Source of the DNA: Utricularia gibba
Taxonomy: Eukaryota; Plantae; Magnoliophyta
Assembly: GCA_002189035.1 (NCBI GenBank)
Contig: NEEC01000018.1
Span: forward strand, 1,178,001-1,242,000
Direction: 5' to 3'
DNA: 64,000 bases
The notes under the pieces: model-generated
Database searches by the model: none
What the model saw: only the letters and a program-made list of their open reading frames with translations
What the model was told of the DNA's origin: nothing
Program-made: the position numbers and the translations under genes
Shown here: one piece after another, positions 11,712 to 23,557 of the stretch
Layout: each line of letters starts with the position of its first letter
Position numbering within the stretch: the stretch's first letter is position 1

Positions 11712-12356
11712 CACTAAACGGTCGGATCCCAAAACACACGGTCCAGTAGATTTGACCTCATTTTCTCAAGATGGATTGATTACTTTGTTCATGTTCTTAC
11801 AGTTTGGCTGCACTGTGCTGCTATTCCCTCCATGTCGTGTATGATTCAAGTATTATAACAAATAATTCTGTATCAATATTTGAAATTGAAATAAACAAAT
11901 ATATAATAAATTAAAAATAACTATTAATTGATTGAAATTAATTTTTTCTAAAATGATTCATGTTTTTTATATACTTAATGTATATTCTTGTAATCCATAA
12001 AATCATTAAAAGACTAGTTAAAGGTATCCTGCAATGTTTGCTTGACCTAAATGAAATGGAGATAAGTCTAACCTTTGACATCATGAATAATGTTAAATAA
12101 ATGCACATTATGAAATTATTGACAATTTAAAATTAATATCAGTTGCAAGGTTTTGAACAGTAATGTGATTATGACCAACTGAAAGTTATTAAAGATAATG
12201 TGTTTAAAAAGAATAATTGAGACCAAAAATTTTGGCCAGTTTTTTGTCGATATCCACTCTCTAGACTTAGAATATTAAAGGGAGGCCCAGAACCCATTCA
12301 TTCAAATGCAGTCCATCCATCCTTTTTCACTTATTGTTCGTGTTAGATCTGAAAGC

Positions 12357-12708
12357 ATGAAACTCGCCGTCGCGCGGTCGTGCCCATGTTCTCTCTGCTC
12401 CTCCTCCTGCAGCTGCTGCTATTTGCAGCTTCCTCCTCTTCGCAGAAAATCGTGAGGACGCTTCCGGGTTTCCCTGGAGCTCTCCCCTTCAAACTAGAAA
12501 CTGGGTGAGTTGCTGTTCTCTTCTTCCAACTACGCACTTCTTCTCATCTGCAAGACTCCCAGGTACGTGAGCGTGGAAGAGAAGGAAGAGACCCATTTGT
12601 TCTACTACTTCGTGGAGTCGCAGGGAGACCCACGGGTCGACCCGTTATTGCTCTGGCACACCGGCGGGCCGGGATGCTCCAGTCTCTTCGCTCTGATATA
12701 TGAATTCG
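12357..12708 (+). pseudogene. SCPL: SCPL fragment C: exons 1-2 only, frameshifted
   Basis: ATG at 12357. Exon 1 (12357-12504) is 148 bp with a 2-nt CG insertion (gtcgcgcggtc versus gtcgcggtc in B). Exon 2 (12563-12708) is intact ([10 protein letters not shown]). Intron 2 homology stops at about 12830 and no exon 3 follows. Confidence 0.88.
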
Positions 12709-13596
12709 GTGAGTTGTTCTCCTTCTTCCCAAGGACTAACTACCCCATTTGGATCTCTGCCCGAAAAAAAAAAGTCTGACATCACCGACATAAAAACAGA
12801 TCGAACAGGTTGTTTTATAAATGAAAAACTTCAAAATGTGGTATTGTATCAATATAAAAAAAAACTTGTGGTATTTTATAAAACAAAATGCATAATCAAT
12901 AGCATTCTACTCATTTCACCGTAAATTAAATTTGATTCCTCTACTTTTGACCTCTGGATCAATTTGAATGTATTTGTAGTTAAGAAAATCATGTGCTAAT
13001 ACCTGTATTAAAAACTCATTGCTTCTAAGGTAGGGTGTTTCATAATGTATGCTTCTACATGCTTTGATTAATCCACACTTGAGAAAAATTGAATACTTAT
13101 TCTTTTTTTGTTTAAACTTTTATTTGTAATTTACTCTATTTTTATCAACACTTAGTAAAATACCTATCTAAATTCATATTTATATTTTACCCTATTTGAT
13201 AATAATGCTTTTAAATCGGAAAAGCCAGGCTACCGTTGAATGTGGCCGCCATAATCAACTGAGAAGCAGAAGGCATCCGATCGGCAGCAGCACAGCGTCA
13301 GATGGGTGGAAATGTGTTCACACGTCCGTGTGCTTGGCTGCTGCACAGAAACACTCCATTCCCATTCCGACCGGTGATCACCGGCGATGGCGAATCATTT
13401 GGCTGAAGAAATCTAAGAAGAAGAAACCCTACTCGAGAATGGAGAGCGCGAGCATCAAGATCGAGATGAACAGCAGGTTGATCAACAATTGTTTCTGAAC
13501 CACCATTATCTTATCTTGATAATGCTTTACCCCTATAACCTATTACATATCAGCACCCCATTATTGAACATACATCCAATACAGCAGATAAGATCT

Positions 13597-16500
13597 TTAC
13601 AGGGGGGACTTGGAAAGCCATCTCTCAAGCATCGCGTAGCATTCCTCCGGCTTGTGCTCTGGAGCCGTATGCCCCGCACCCTATGGGGAAAGTCAATTCC
13701 TTTACTTGAATGTGTGGGAAAAAGAGAGCTTGATTTTTGTTGTGCGTTGCCAGATCTTACCTTAACAGTGGCAAAGGTGAGTACAGCTTCATCGTTCTTG
13801 TAATTCATGGTATATCTGAACATTCACATAGGATAGAGTTTAGGTTGGATGTGATATGAGTGGAGTTTATAAACAAAGAGAGTACTTGCCCTGCAATTTG
13901 GTTATTCACCATCCATGGCCTCCACTTCTCACTTAGACTGAGATTTAGTTGCCGAATCCAAAGCAAAGTGGATCTAAACGGCATTTCCAGGTCATGATCT
14001 CCACTGTGTGTGTTACATAAGTTACAATAAGTCTCTACACTTTAAATTCATTGAACCAAGATAGAGACTCAACATTACCTATAGACCAAGGCTTTGTAAC
14101 CTTGGTCGCTAAGGTAGCGGTGGATGTTTTTGGGGTGCACATCTTCTATGAGGGAATTCGCTATACTGCGTTGGCATCCTGCCCATCTACTTAGAGTCCC
14201 CTGGGGTTGTTCCATCAAGCATCAGCACCAAGAGAGGGAAATAATGAAACCAGAGAAAAGCTACCATACCTTTCTAACACCAAGTGCTTCTTGAACTGTA
14301 GGATCATTGGCCCAAATATTCATTGGGGCATAATTTACTTCCTGAAAAAGATGTCAATCACACATATAGTAGAGTTTTGGACCTCAAAGGGGTTAGTGGA
14401 GAACATTAGCACAAATTGATTACCCTGCACCAAGTTTTCTCTCCGGGCATGGAAATGAAATTGAGAGAAGGGTCATCATCCAAGAAAGTGCTCCATCTTG
14501 CATTCTCTCCCAGTTGTTGGATAGTTGCTGTTGAAGGGCATTTTGGCTCCAATATATGCACCATGTTTATCTCATCTAGCAACTGCAACAATGACAAGCG
14601 TATAGAGTTCAGTTTCACATTCTCAATCTGATATCTGAGCAACAACTTTTCCAACCTCATGTATATTAGCAACTGCTTGGATGCATTCACTGTTACTGGA
14701 TTCTGTGTTGATATAGTTCCCATTGCAAGCTGTTTTCGCGTGCTGAAAAAAATGATGGTATGATTGTCGATATGTAACAGGGAGTCAGTCAGTTTGTTAG
14801 CAACCAAACCTCATAATGCTCGTAAGATATAAGTCCCATTCCATGAGCATATGGGATTCTCTCGTTGAATTCCTTTCCGGCTGCGTTGATCCCATTGCCG
14901 GATATGTATCCCTAAAAACGCATGAAATGTGATGATTTGAAGGTAAAGAACTCCAACTTGCATTAGGACCATGTACCTGCAAGGACAAGGGAGGGTAATG
15001 TCCTTGTTCCACACCTGCAAGTAGCTGTTTCTGTAAGCATAAAAAACTAAAACGCAGGTTTCATATCTCTTCGGTTTGACACGATAGTAACCGATCCAAA
15101 GAACCAGATTTTGTGCTGGTTGAATGTATACAAACCTTTGGCAATTTCATAGGCAAGCAATGCAGCAATTTTGCCTCCATAGGAATCACCCGCGATGTAC
15201 AGAGGATTGCCCAGAAACTTCGGGTGATTCAACATCCACTGCATCAAAAACAACAGATCAGCTACAGGAGGCACTGTTCATCATCTTCCAATATCATCCT
15301 ACGTTTCAAGATCACCTTTCTGATGAACTCATAATTCTGTTTCATCATCATGGTGTCTGACGTGTTTCTGACTTTGGCCCGAGAGTTGTACGCAAATCCA
15401 GTTCCAGGGGGATAGTCGATGAAGATTATGCTTGCAAACTAGAAACAGAGAAACCTTCAATTTAACAGAAGTTGAGTTGATTAATGGGGAGGTGGGCAGA
15501 CTCGGAAGAGGGGGCGAAACTGGGAGAAGTGACCCCCCCCCCCCCCCGGGGGCCGCCCCTACACCCATTGGACTGGTTACCTTCGTCCACGCCTTGTCGC
15601 TCGTGATAAGAGATATCTTCGAGCTTGCATAGAAACTCTCTAAATCGAACGCCGAAGGACCTGCAAAACTTTCCAACTTTTTAGTTTAATATCATCGTTG
15701 CACTAAAGGTTTTTAACATAAAAAACTTTTAAAACCAATTTTCGCTGAAAATAATAATAAAAAAAATAATAGGATGTGAATTTATTTTGAGAAAGAAATT
15801 AACTTTTCAAGTTAGCAGTAGAAATAATTATTGTAACTACAATTTTCAATTTTTATAAATTAGAATGTTCTAGAATGTTTCTGGCCACATGGCCTCATTG
15901 ATCTCCACTATTTGTGGCATTTACAAAAATGATGTTCACTGTCTTAGAGTTATACCCACTGTTTATAGTTTAGTATAATTAATTCTCAATATTTCAAAAT
16001 AACGGTAAAATTTGTTATCATTAATTAAAAAATTAATCCTAAATAATATAGTAGTATTCACTTTTTGGCATAATTAATCCTCAATAGTTAAAATAATTGA
16101 TATTAGTAGTCCCAATTGCTTAAAATATTTGATTAAATTAACCACCAACTAATCATGTCTAATTTATTGAATAATGAAAATTAATTATGCATTGTGTTCA
16201 AAGTAAAAAAAAAAATTAAAATAAAAAAATTGGAGAATTAATTTTAACAATGAAGATAAAATAGGTAATTTATATTAAAAAGTGATGGCTAATTTTATCA
16301 AAATATTAAAAATTAGGGATTTTTAATGCAATTTCCTTTCCTACCATAATCAACTTGTAAGTTCAAAAACAACTCACCGATTTCATACAAGAGAGCGAAG
16401 AGACTGGAGCATCCCGGCCCGCCGTTGTGCCAGAGCAATACCGGGTCGACCCGTGGGTCTCCCTGCGACTCCACGAAGTAGTAGAACAAATGGGTCTCTT

Positions 16501-16730
16501 CCTTCTCTCCCACGCTCACGTACCTGGGAGTGCGGCAGATGAGAAGAAGCACGCAGTCGGAAGAAGAGAAGAGCAACTCACCCAGTTTCCAGTTTGAAGG
16601 GGAGAGCTCCAGAGAAACCCGGAAGCGTCCTCACGATTTTCTGCGCAGAGGAAGGAGCTGCAAGTGGCAGCAGGAGCAGCAGCAGGAGGAGCAGAGGGAA
16701 CATGGAGACAACCGCGACGACGAGTTTCGT
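13597..16730 (-). CDS. SCPL: SCPL copy D: clade IA acyltransferase type; ancestral start is ACG, next in-frame ATG at 16703 gives 468 aa
   Basis: Exons (minus): 16730-16582, 16523-16378, 15660-15581, 15438-15316, 15238-15136, 15014-14977, 14911-14810, 14742-14656, 14582-14424, 14341-14270, 14200-14079, 14003-13890, 13815-13761, 13680-13597. They total 1434 nt with no internal stops. Motifs [21 protein letters not shown] and GAGHT are present, and the intron 12 donor is GC. It is the closest paralog of copy A. Confidence 0.8.
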
Positions 16731-19700
16731 GATTTCAGTTCTCACAAGAAAGCCTTCGGATCATTTTCATTTAAATAATCGTAGGACGGATGTATTCATT
16801 GCATGCATTTTAATGAATAAATGCCCTGACATTAGCATCGAGTTTTTTAAACAAGAACGACAAAAATTTAGTGTTGTTCATGACCCATACAGACTTTTCA
16901 ATTGCATTATATCAAATCACTGTTTGCTTAATCGTAAATTTTTCAAAATGCTAGTCACAAATTGGCAGATGATATTGATCTTAATCTGTAAATAATTTTG
17001 TCATAAATATCTGTTTAGCCATAAGGTTTACTCACATAAACTTAGAAGTTGTTTAGTAGGTTTGTTTAACTGTTTAGATATAAAAAATATATGTTTGGTA
17101 GATTACTTTAACATTACACAAATGTTTTACAAAATTACTGCAAAAAACACTACGAACAAAGTATTTCAAAACTCACGTTCTATGCAGTTTTTGTTAAACA
17201 ACCTAATTTATAAAATATTTAATACAAATACATATTTTATCTAAATACAAATAAATTCGATATATTATTAAATACATGTTGAAGTACAACTAATTTGACA
17301 TTGAAGCAAGGCTTTAAATTTTAGGGAAAGTTTAAGAATATTTTTTTCAGAAAATTATTTGATTTTTCGATCAAATTCAATTTTTTTGAGATTTCGACAT
17401 TGTGTTTATAGGGGTGGGTTTAGGTAAATATATGGTATTTTTTGTCTTTTTGATAAAAACTGGTAGGTTGGGTTGGAGCACATGGGAGCGGGGGTAGTTG
17501 AGGCCGAGGAGTTTATAATATAATATATACTCCAATTATCTTTGCAAGTATATTATTTAAATCGACATTGCAACTCAAATAAGAGCAACTAAATTCACTT
17601 AGACATGTGCACCTCATGCTGAAATATATATCGTAATTTTGCAGTTACACAGAAATCCTAGAACTCATCACTAGGAAATTTAAGTATTCCTTTTATAATT
17701 AAATTTTACACTTTCATGTGCATCTCATGCTGAAATAAAAAAGTGGGAAGATTCCACAAGTACTGCAACATGAGTTCATATTTATTTATTTTTTTGAGTA
17801 ATGTATACTATAATTTTGATTTGGTAAAAGTCTACAATGTGCACATTATACTATAGCGGTTGCGTTTATTATATCTATCTTAAAATCAATGTTGAAAATT
17901 TTATAATGTTTATGTTTATATTATATTTATATATTATAATCCCTGGTCTCTTCTTAAAAAAATTGAATAATAGTTGGAGGTTTGATGTTTACTGACAGAA
18001 TTGATTGTTATTTTTCCAAGTCCAATGATTGTTGTTTTGTCTCTTAGGAATTGAAGAACTACCTGCCATTATTTTATGAAAAATGGAATTATAATTTATA
18101 ATTCTTTTGCATCCTTCTATCAATTGAGGTGTGTTTGATTGCAAGATTTACATATATTTGAAAATATTTTGATATGAATATATAAATATGATAAATATGG
18201 ACAATCGGCGGCATAATTCCTAAATTTTTTTTAAAATTGGCACGATTAGTTTCCACTCTTTAATGAAAATATTATAATTAGTTCTTTATTGACATATTTA
18301 GTCCTCAAAATCCACTAGTGATAATATAATTTCATGAAGATAATGCCCTTGTTGAGCTCTTTATGGTTTCGTTAATGCTTATCAAGGTTTTCAGTAATAC
18401 TTATTTATTAGTCAAACACTGGACACTGTTGCCATACCCCTTGTTGGGCATCTTTTCTATTCTTAATTTGCTATGTAGACCTCTTATCCAAGGTTTATGG
18501 GGCCTTTTTCATCTAACACCATAACCCAATACACTTTATTGATGATTTCATTATGATTATAAAAACTGTCATCTATGATATAAATACACATGTTAATAGT
18601 ATGATCATGTACACTTCTTCAACTGTGCCCAGGTGCAGAATAAAAAGTAAGACACTTTTAAACAATCATAATCCATCATACCAGGAAGCAGATTATGAAA
18701 AGAAGCAAAGTTATACACTTTACAATGGCAAACTGCAATGTTGAAATTCAGAAACCGATGAATTGGATTAATATACATTTGAAATCTAAATACATAAAAA
18801 ATGTGAATCACATTTAAAAACTGTCATCTATGATATAAATACGTTAATATTTTACTTTCAAACACTAGCGTAGGAAAGTTTTTTGTTCTAATATACAAGA
18901 GGAGCTCGCCCACCTCAAAAATGTCTGACCAAACTTGATGCTTCAGTAGCGCAGAGGAACTGCTTCGGCGAGGGAAGAGAAAGAAATGCTGTCGGTAGCT
19001 AGGTTGGGGATCCAGAAAAATTCTACACGTTTTTTGACCGGGTACCGGACGGACAGGTTGGCACGATCGGCAATTAATTTAAAGCAATTAAAGTGATGGT
19101 TTTTCTTTTTTTTTTTTTTGTAGAATATAATAAAATCAAAGACACGGTTTTGGTGGTGGGGTTTGGGCTAGGTCAAGAACGTAGGTAGGTAGATGGGTGC
19201 AGCAACGTGGTTAGGTAAAAGTAGAAAGGGAGTATTTTAGTTTTTATAAAATAATTAAATGATGAATAATAATATATATTTATTGAAAAAAACACTTTAA
19301 ATTTATCATTTTATAAATTTAAATCGAACCACTTAAGTAGTAAACCCAAATAAATTACAAGTTACGTGTTATTTTTTAAATACTCAAAATTCATTTATAT
19401 AAATTTAAATTAACATCACACACTAATCATGGTTCTCCAATTTTTCAGGCTCATTAAAAATATTTTTTTAATGTTATGGTCTTTTCATGCAAATAATTTA
19501 TATAATAATCATTGACTAGAATTAATTCGATTTTCAACAATAACAAATGTATACAATAATTTTATTAAACATGTCAAACTTTGAGAAAATTACAAAAAAA
19601 AAACATTAAGTTTCGTTCAGTATAAATAATTTAATCAAAATTATCAAAAAATTTCTCAAATTGACAAAATTGTGCAACAAAGACCTATTTTCAAAATTTT

Positions 19701-20615
19701 TAAAAAGTGAAATTCACAACACCATGAATCTACTCTAGTTTCAAATCAAATAAAATTACATTATAGTATTTAGAAAAATGATTATTTGTATACTCTATCT
19801 CATACATTATAAAAAATTTATATGATGGATAGTTATTTTTATCACACAATATTTTACACATCGCCAAATTTCTAATTCATCCATATTACACCAAGCCCGA
19901 TAAAAAGTGACAAAAAATTGTGCTCTTAATTATTGTTTTTATCACATTATCTTTAATCATTTTCAGTTAGGCATAATCGTCTTAAAATACTATATTTTGA
20001 ATCCACAGACTTTTGTTGATGTAACATGATTCAATATACGAGCGCAGTTTATGTGTTTCCGAATCCATTTGGTTGGACAGGGCAATGAAGAGGCGAATGG
20101 CGATGATTAAACTGTGCCATATATCAATGGATAAAATAATTTATTGTATACATTATATCAATGGGCCAATCCCAACCTCCCATGCAAGTAGGCGAGGGAG
20201 CGCCGGTGATGTACAGACTGGGCTGCATGGATAGAAAAAAACGCAGTAATTTACTTAAATACATGTATCAGAAAATTATCTTGTCAAGATACGTGTTGTT
20301 TTTTTGATTTCATCATAATATATGCGATTCAATTTTTTTCTTTTAAAAATACCTGTCATTTCGAAATTAATGTTTTAATACGCATTTTTATTTTTATTGA
20401 AATGCATACTACTATATATTAAGACAAATTAGTTTATTTCAAAGTTATTTTAATCAATAAATTATTTTGATGGATTACTCTTAATGACAACAAGAATAAT
20501 AATTAAAAAATAGAAAACAAAACATTGTAATATTAAACATAAATAAAGCACAGGGGCATGATCAGAGCCTTCCAATTTCACATTTCTTGCCTTCATAATA
20601 TGCCTGGAATTATTG

Positions 20616-21120
20616 CACCGATCCCTTAGCGATCAAGGTTACAAAGCCTTGGTCTACAGGTAAGGTCGAGGCTATTTCTGTGTTCAATGAATTCAAAATG
20701 CCAACATGCATAGCGTACACACAGCGGAGATCAAGACCTGCTGATGCCTTTTAGAGGCACGTTGCTTTGGATTCGACAACTGAATCTCAGTGTAATCGAG
20801 GAGTGGAGGCCATGGATAGTGAACGAACAAGTTGCAGGGCAAGTATTCTCTTCAGTTGCAAAGTTATCCATCGACCCTGTTTCTATCCTCTGCTAATGTT
20901 CAGGTATACTATGAGATACAAGAACGATGAAGCTGTCCTCACCTTTGCTACTGTGAAGGTAGGATTTGGCAACCCACTACATAAATCGAACTTCTTTTTC
21001 CAACACACTCAAGCCAATGAATGGGCTCTCATTTAGGGTGCTGGTCATACAGCATGCGAGTACAAGCCTGAGGAATGCTACGCGATGGTTGATAGATGGC
21101 TTTCCAATACCCCACTGTAA
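20616..21120 (+). pseudogene. SCPL: SCPL fragment F: 3' half of exon 11 plus exons 12-14
   Basis: It reads [14 protein letters not shown]|[21 protein letters not shown]...QVAG|[18 protein letters not shown]|[27 protein letters not shown], with intact splice sites and a GC donor at intron 12. Nothing upstream of 20616 is homologous to SCPL. Confidence 0.9.
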
Positions 21121-21699
21121 ACAGTTTATCTTCTCTGCACTCCTTGTGCAATCATGTGAAAAAGCAACCCAAGTAAAAGTGGTGGTACCCTCCACTCTGG
21201 TTGAAAATGATACCCATTTGATATGGTTGAAAATCGAATTAATTCTAATTAAAGATTATCATATTGTTGAAATTAAAAATCCAATGAGTTGAAGTAATGT
21301 GTATGAAAATCTAGTGCATAATAAACATAAATCATATTAAAAAATTTCAATACAATCGATTATTAATAAGTTATAATTTTTTATATATATTTAATTATTT
21401 CACTTTAAATTCTTGATATGAAATTATTTATTTTAATGCATATAAGTTATTTGCATGAACATACGATAACACTACGAATTTTATTTAAATGAGCATGAAA
21501 CGCTAGAGAACTATTAGAAAATCTAAAGTATATAATTGTATTAATTCAAGAAATCTATAAAAAATGAGGCTTAAGGTTTAACATGGAAATACGAAATGCG
21601 AAATTTTTTGGAATATTGAGCATTGATCATCCCTTGATGGAGAGCGAGCGTGCTCCTGTCGAACCCTAAATTTTTCATGTTGTGTGGTGAATTGTAGGC

Positions 21700-21990
21700 T
21701 CTCAATCAAGGGTAAAATCAGATATTCAGATTTTTTGATTAATTTTGAAATTATTGAATTTCTTAAATCTTGAGTTTAGTAATTAAATAATAGATTATTT
21801 AAAAAATGATATTATTCAATTTTTATCATTCTAAACATATAGTTATATCATATCATATATATATATATATATATATTATTTTATTTTATTAAATTTATAA
21901 TACAATTTAACACTATACTACATATTTACATAATTTTAAAACTGATTCTATTTCACATAATTTAATTCACAACTTCCAATTACATAACGT
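21700..21990. mobile_element. Putative MITE-like dispersed repeat, related copy at about 55530-55855
   Basis: Shared strings are gtaaaatca...gatttt(t/g)tgattaattt..aaattattgaattt and t(t/a)attcacaac/aatcacag..t..aattacataac. It occupies a position where the paralogous flank after G (about 28670 onward) has different sequence. Confidence 0.5.
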
Positions 21991-22540
21991 GTCCTTTAGC
22001 TACGGGTTGAATCGAATGTAACAGATTATAGGTTCGGATTGTGGAAACCTAAACAATTATGACATTTTCCATAACAATCAATGTTAAATGTGATATTTTT
22101 TTATTATTTTCGTGAAAAAAAAAAGAGAATGTTTAATTGGAACATGAAAAATAAATCAGCCCAAAATGTGTGAATTGGAAAAAATCTTCTTAAACATGAG
22201 ACAAGAAAATATTTTTTTTAAATATAAAGAGAATGAGTCAATTAGCTTGTAATAGAGATACATGTTCCACCACCCGGGTTTCTTTGTCAGTTGTTGAAGA
22301 TTACAGAAGATTTCTACGAGTTTTTACAATCAACCTCCGGTGGCCGTCCCGCGCCACAAGGCAAATGCGGGTGTTTATTTTTCTTCATTGGGTTTCAATG
22401 ATTAGCCCTAATTTTGTTGATGCCATTCACAGAGTATCCGGCGGAGGGGTTCCCCAAGGACGCCCCCTACGCCCAACCGGCGTAGCCGCAGCCATGGTAT
22501 CCGCACGGCTACCCTCCCCAGGGATATCCGCCGCCGTATT
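21980..22540 (+). repeat. Segmental duplicate of about 29245-29800 (CYSTM promoter plus exons 1-2)
   Basis: Near-identical colinear sequence starts at ctttagctac(g/c)ggttgaatcgaat and runs through ccacccgggtttc to cccagggatatccgccgccgtat. Confidence 0.9.
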
Positions 22541-23000
22541 TGTTGGAATAAAATAAGGTTTTTGGAGAAGGGGGTGGCAATACCACATTACTAGTTGAAA
22601 ATCATTTCAACTAATTTGTATGTAAGTCCAACCCAATAACTTTGATGAGTTTGAGAGAGAATTGAGATTCACGTGCATATAGGATTTTAATTTATTGAAT
22701 CGGGTTGGGTTTTCGAAGGGTACTGAAACCCAGAAATGGTTACGCGCAGGGGTGCAAACCCACCCCAAAATGCTTTCGCGTGTGTGCTGCGTTCCTTGGA
22801 AGGATGGTACGGTTACCGACAGCAAAATCTGTTTGCTTGCCTAGAATCACTCGCCATCTCAGATGTGTCTACGCACTAAACCGTCGGATCCGAAAACACA
22901 CGGTCCAGTAGATTTGACCTAATTTTCTCAAGATGGGTTGATTACTTTGTTCGTGGTCCAACAGTTTGGCTGCACTGTACTGCTATTCCCTTCATGCCCG
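22316..23000 (+). pseudogene. CYSTM: CYSTM copy 2 pseudogene
   Basis: The start codon is ACG (22316) and there is an in-frame TAG at 22483-22485. About 250 bp of unrelated sequence replaces the middle of exon 2 (about 22540-22785). Exon 3 from 22965 has lost the Cys run (LAALYCYSLHA). Confidence 0.85.
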
Positions 23001-23557
23001 GTACGTGTGTATCATTCAAGTATTACATGAAGCAATTCAATATCAGGATTTGAAATTGAAATTGCAAAGAATTATTAATTTATTATATCTAATTTTCTTT
23101 AAAGTAATTCACATTTTTTTATATACTTGAAGTTCATGTATATTCGTCTAACCTATAACATCCTTAAGGGACTAGTTAAAGGCATCCTACAATGTTTGCT
23201 TGACCTAAATGAAATGAAGCTAAGTCTAACCTTTGACATCATGAATAATGTTAAATAAATACACATTATGAAATTATTGATAATTTATTATTAATATCAT
23301 TTGCAAGGTTTTCAACAGTAATGTGATTATGACCAACTGAAAGTGATTAAAGATAATGTATTCAAAAAGAATAATTGAAACCACAAATTTTGGTCACTTT
23401 TCTGTCGATATACACTGTATAGACTTGTAAGATTAAAGGGACACCCAAAATGCACATCATCCATCACTATGATCATTCATTCAAATGGAGTGCATCCATC
23501 CTACTTCAATTATTTAACGAAGATGATCCATGACGTTTCCTTGTTAGATCTGAAAGC

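Larger units (their letters stand above)
10558..11844 (+). pseudogene. CYSTM: CYSTM copy 1, degenerate, interrupted by two insertions
   Basis: It aligns to the 29575-30092 gene: exon 1 remnant (ccggtggccgttcctccgcc), exon 2 remnants (caaggacgccgcctacgcc; cccctccgccacagc...aaggatg|gt at about 11051-11107) and an exon 3 remnant (acag|tttggctgcactgtgctgc at about 11800). It has many substitutions and indels. Confidence 0.8.

Noticed and set aside
18590-18815. ttgcag|TTTGCCATTGTAAAG on the minus strand resembling SCPL exon 13 (FATVK)
   Set aside because: The match is only about 15 nt with no flanking SCPL exon or intron homology, so it is likely chance.
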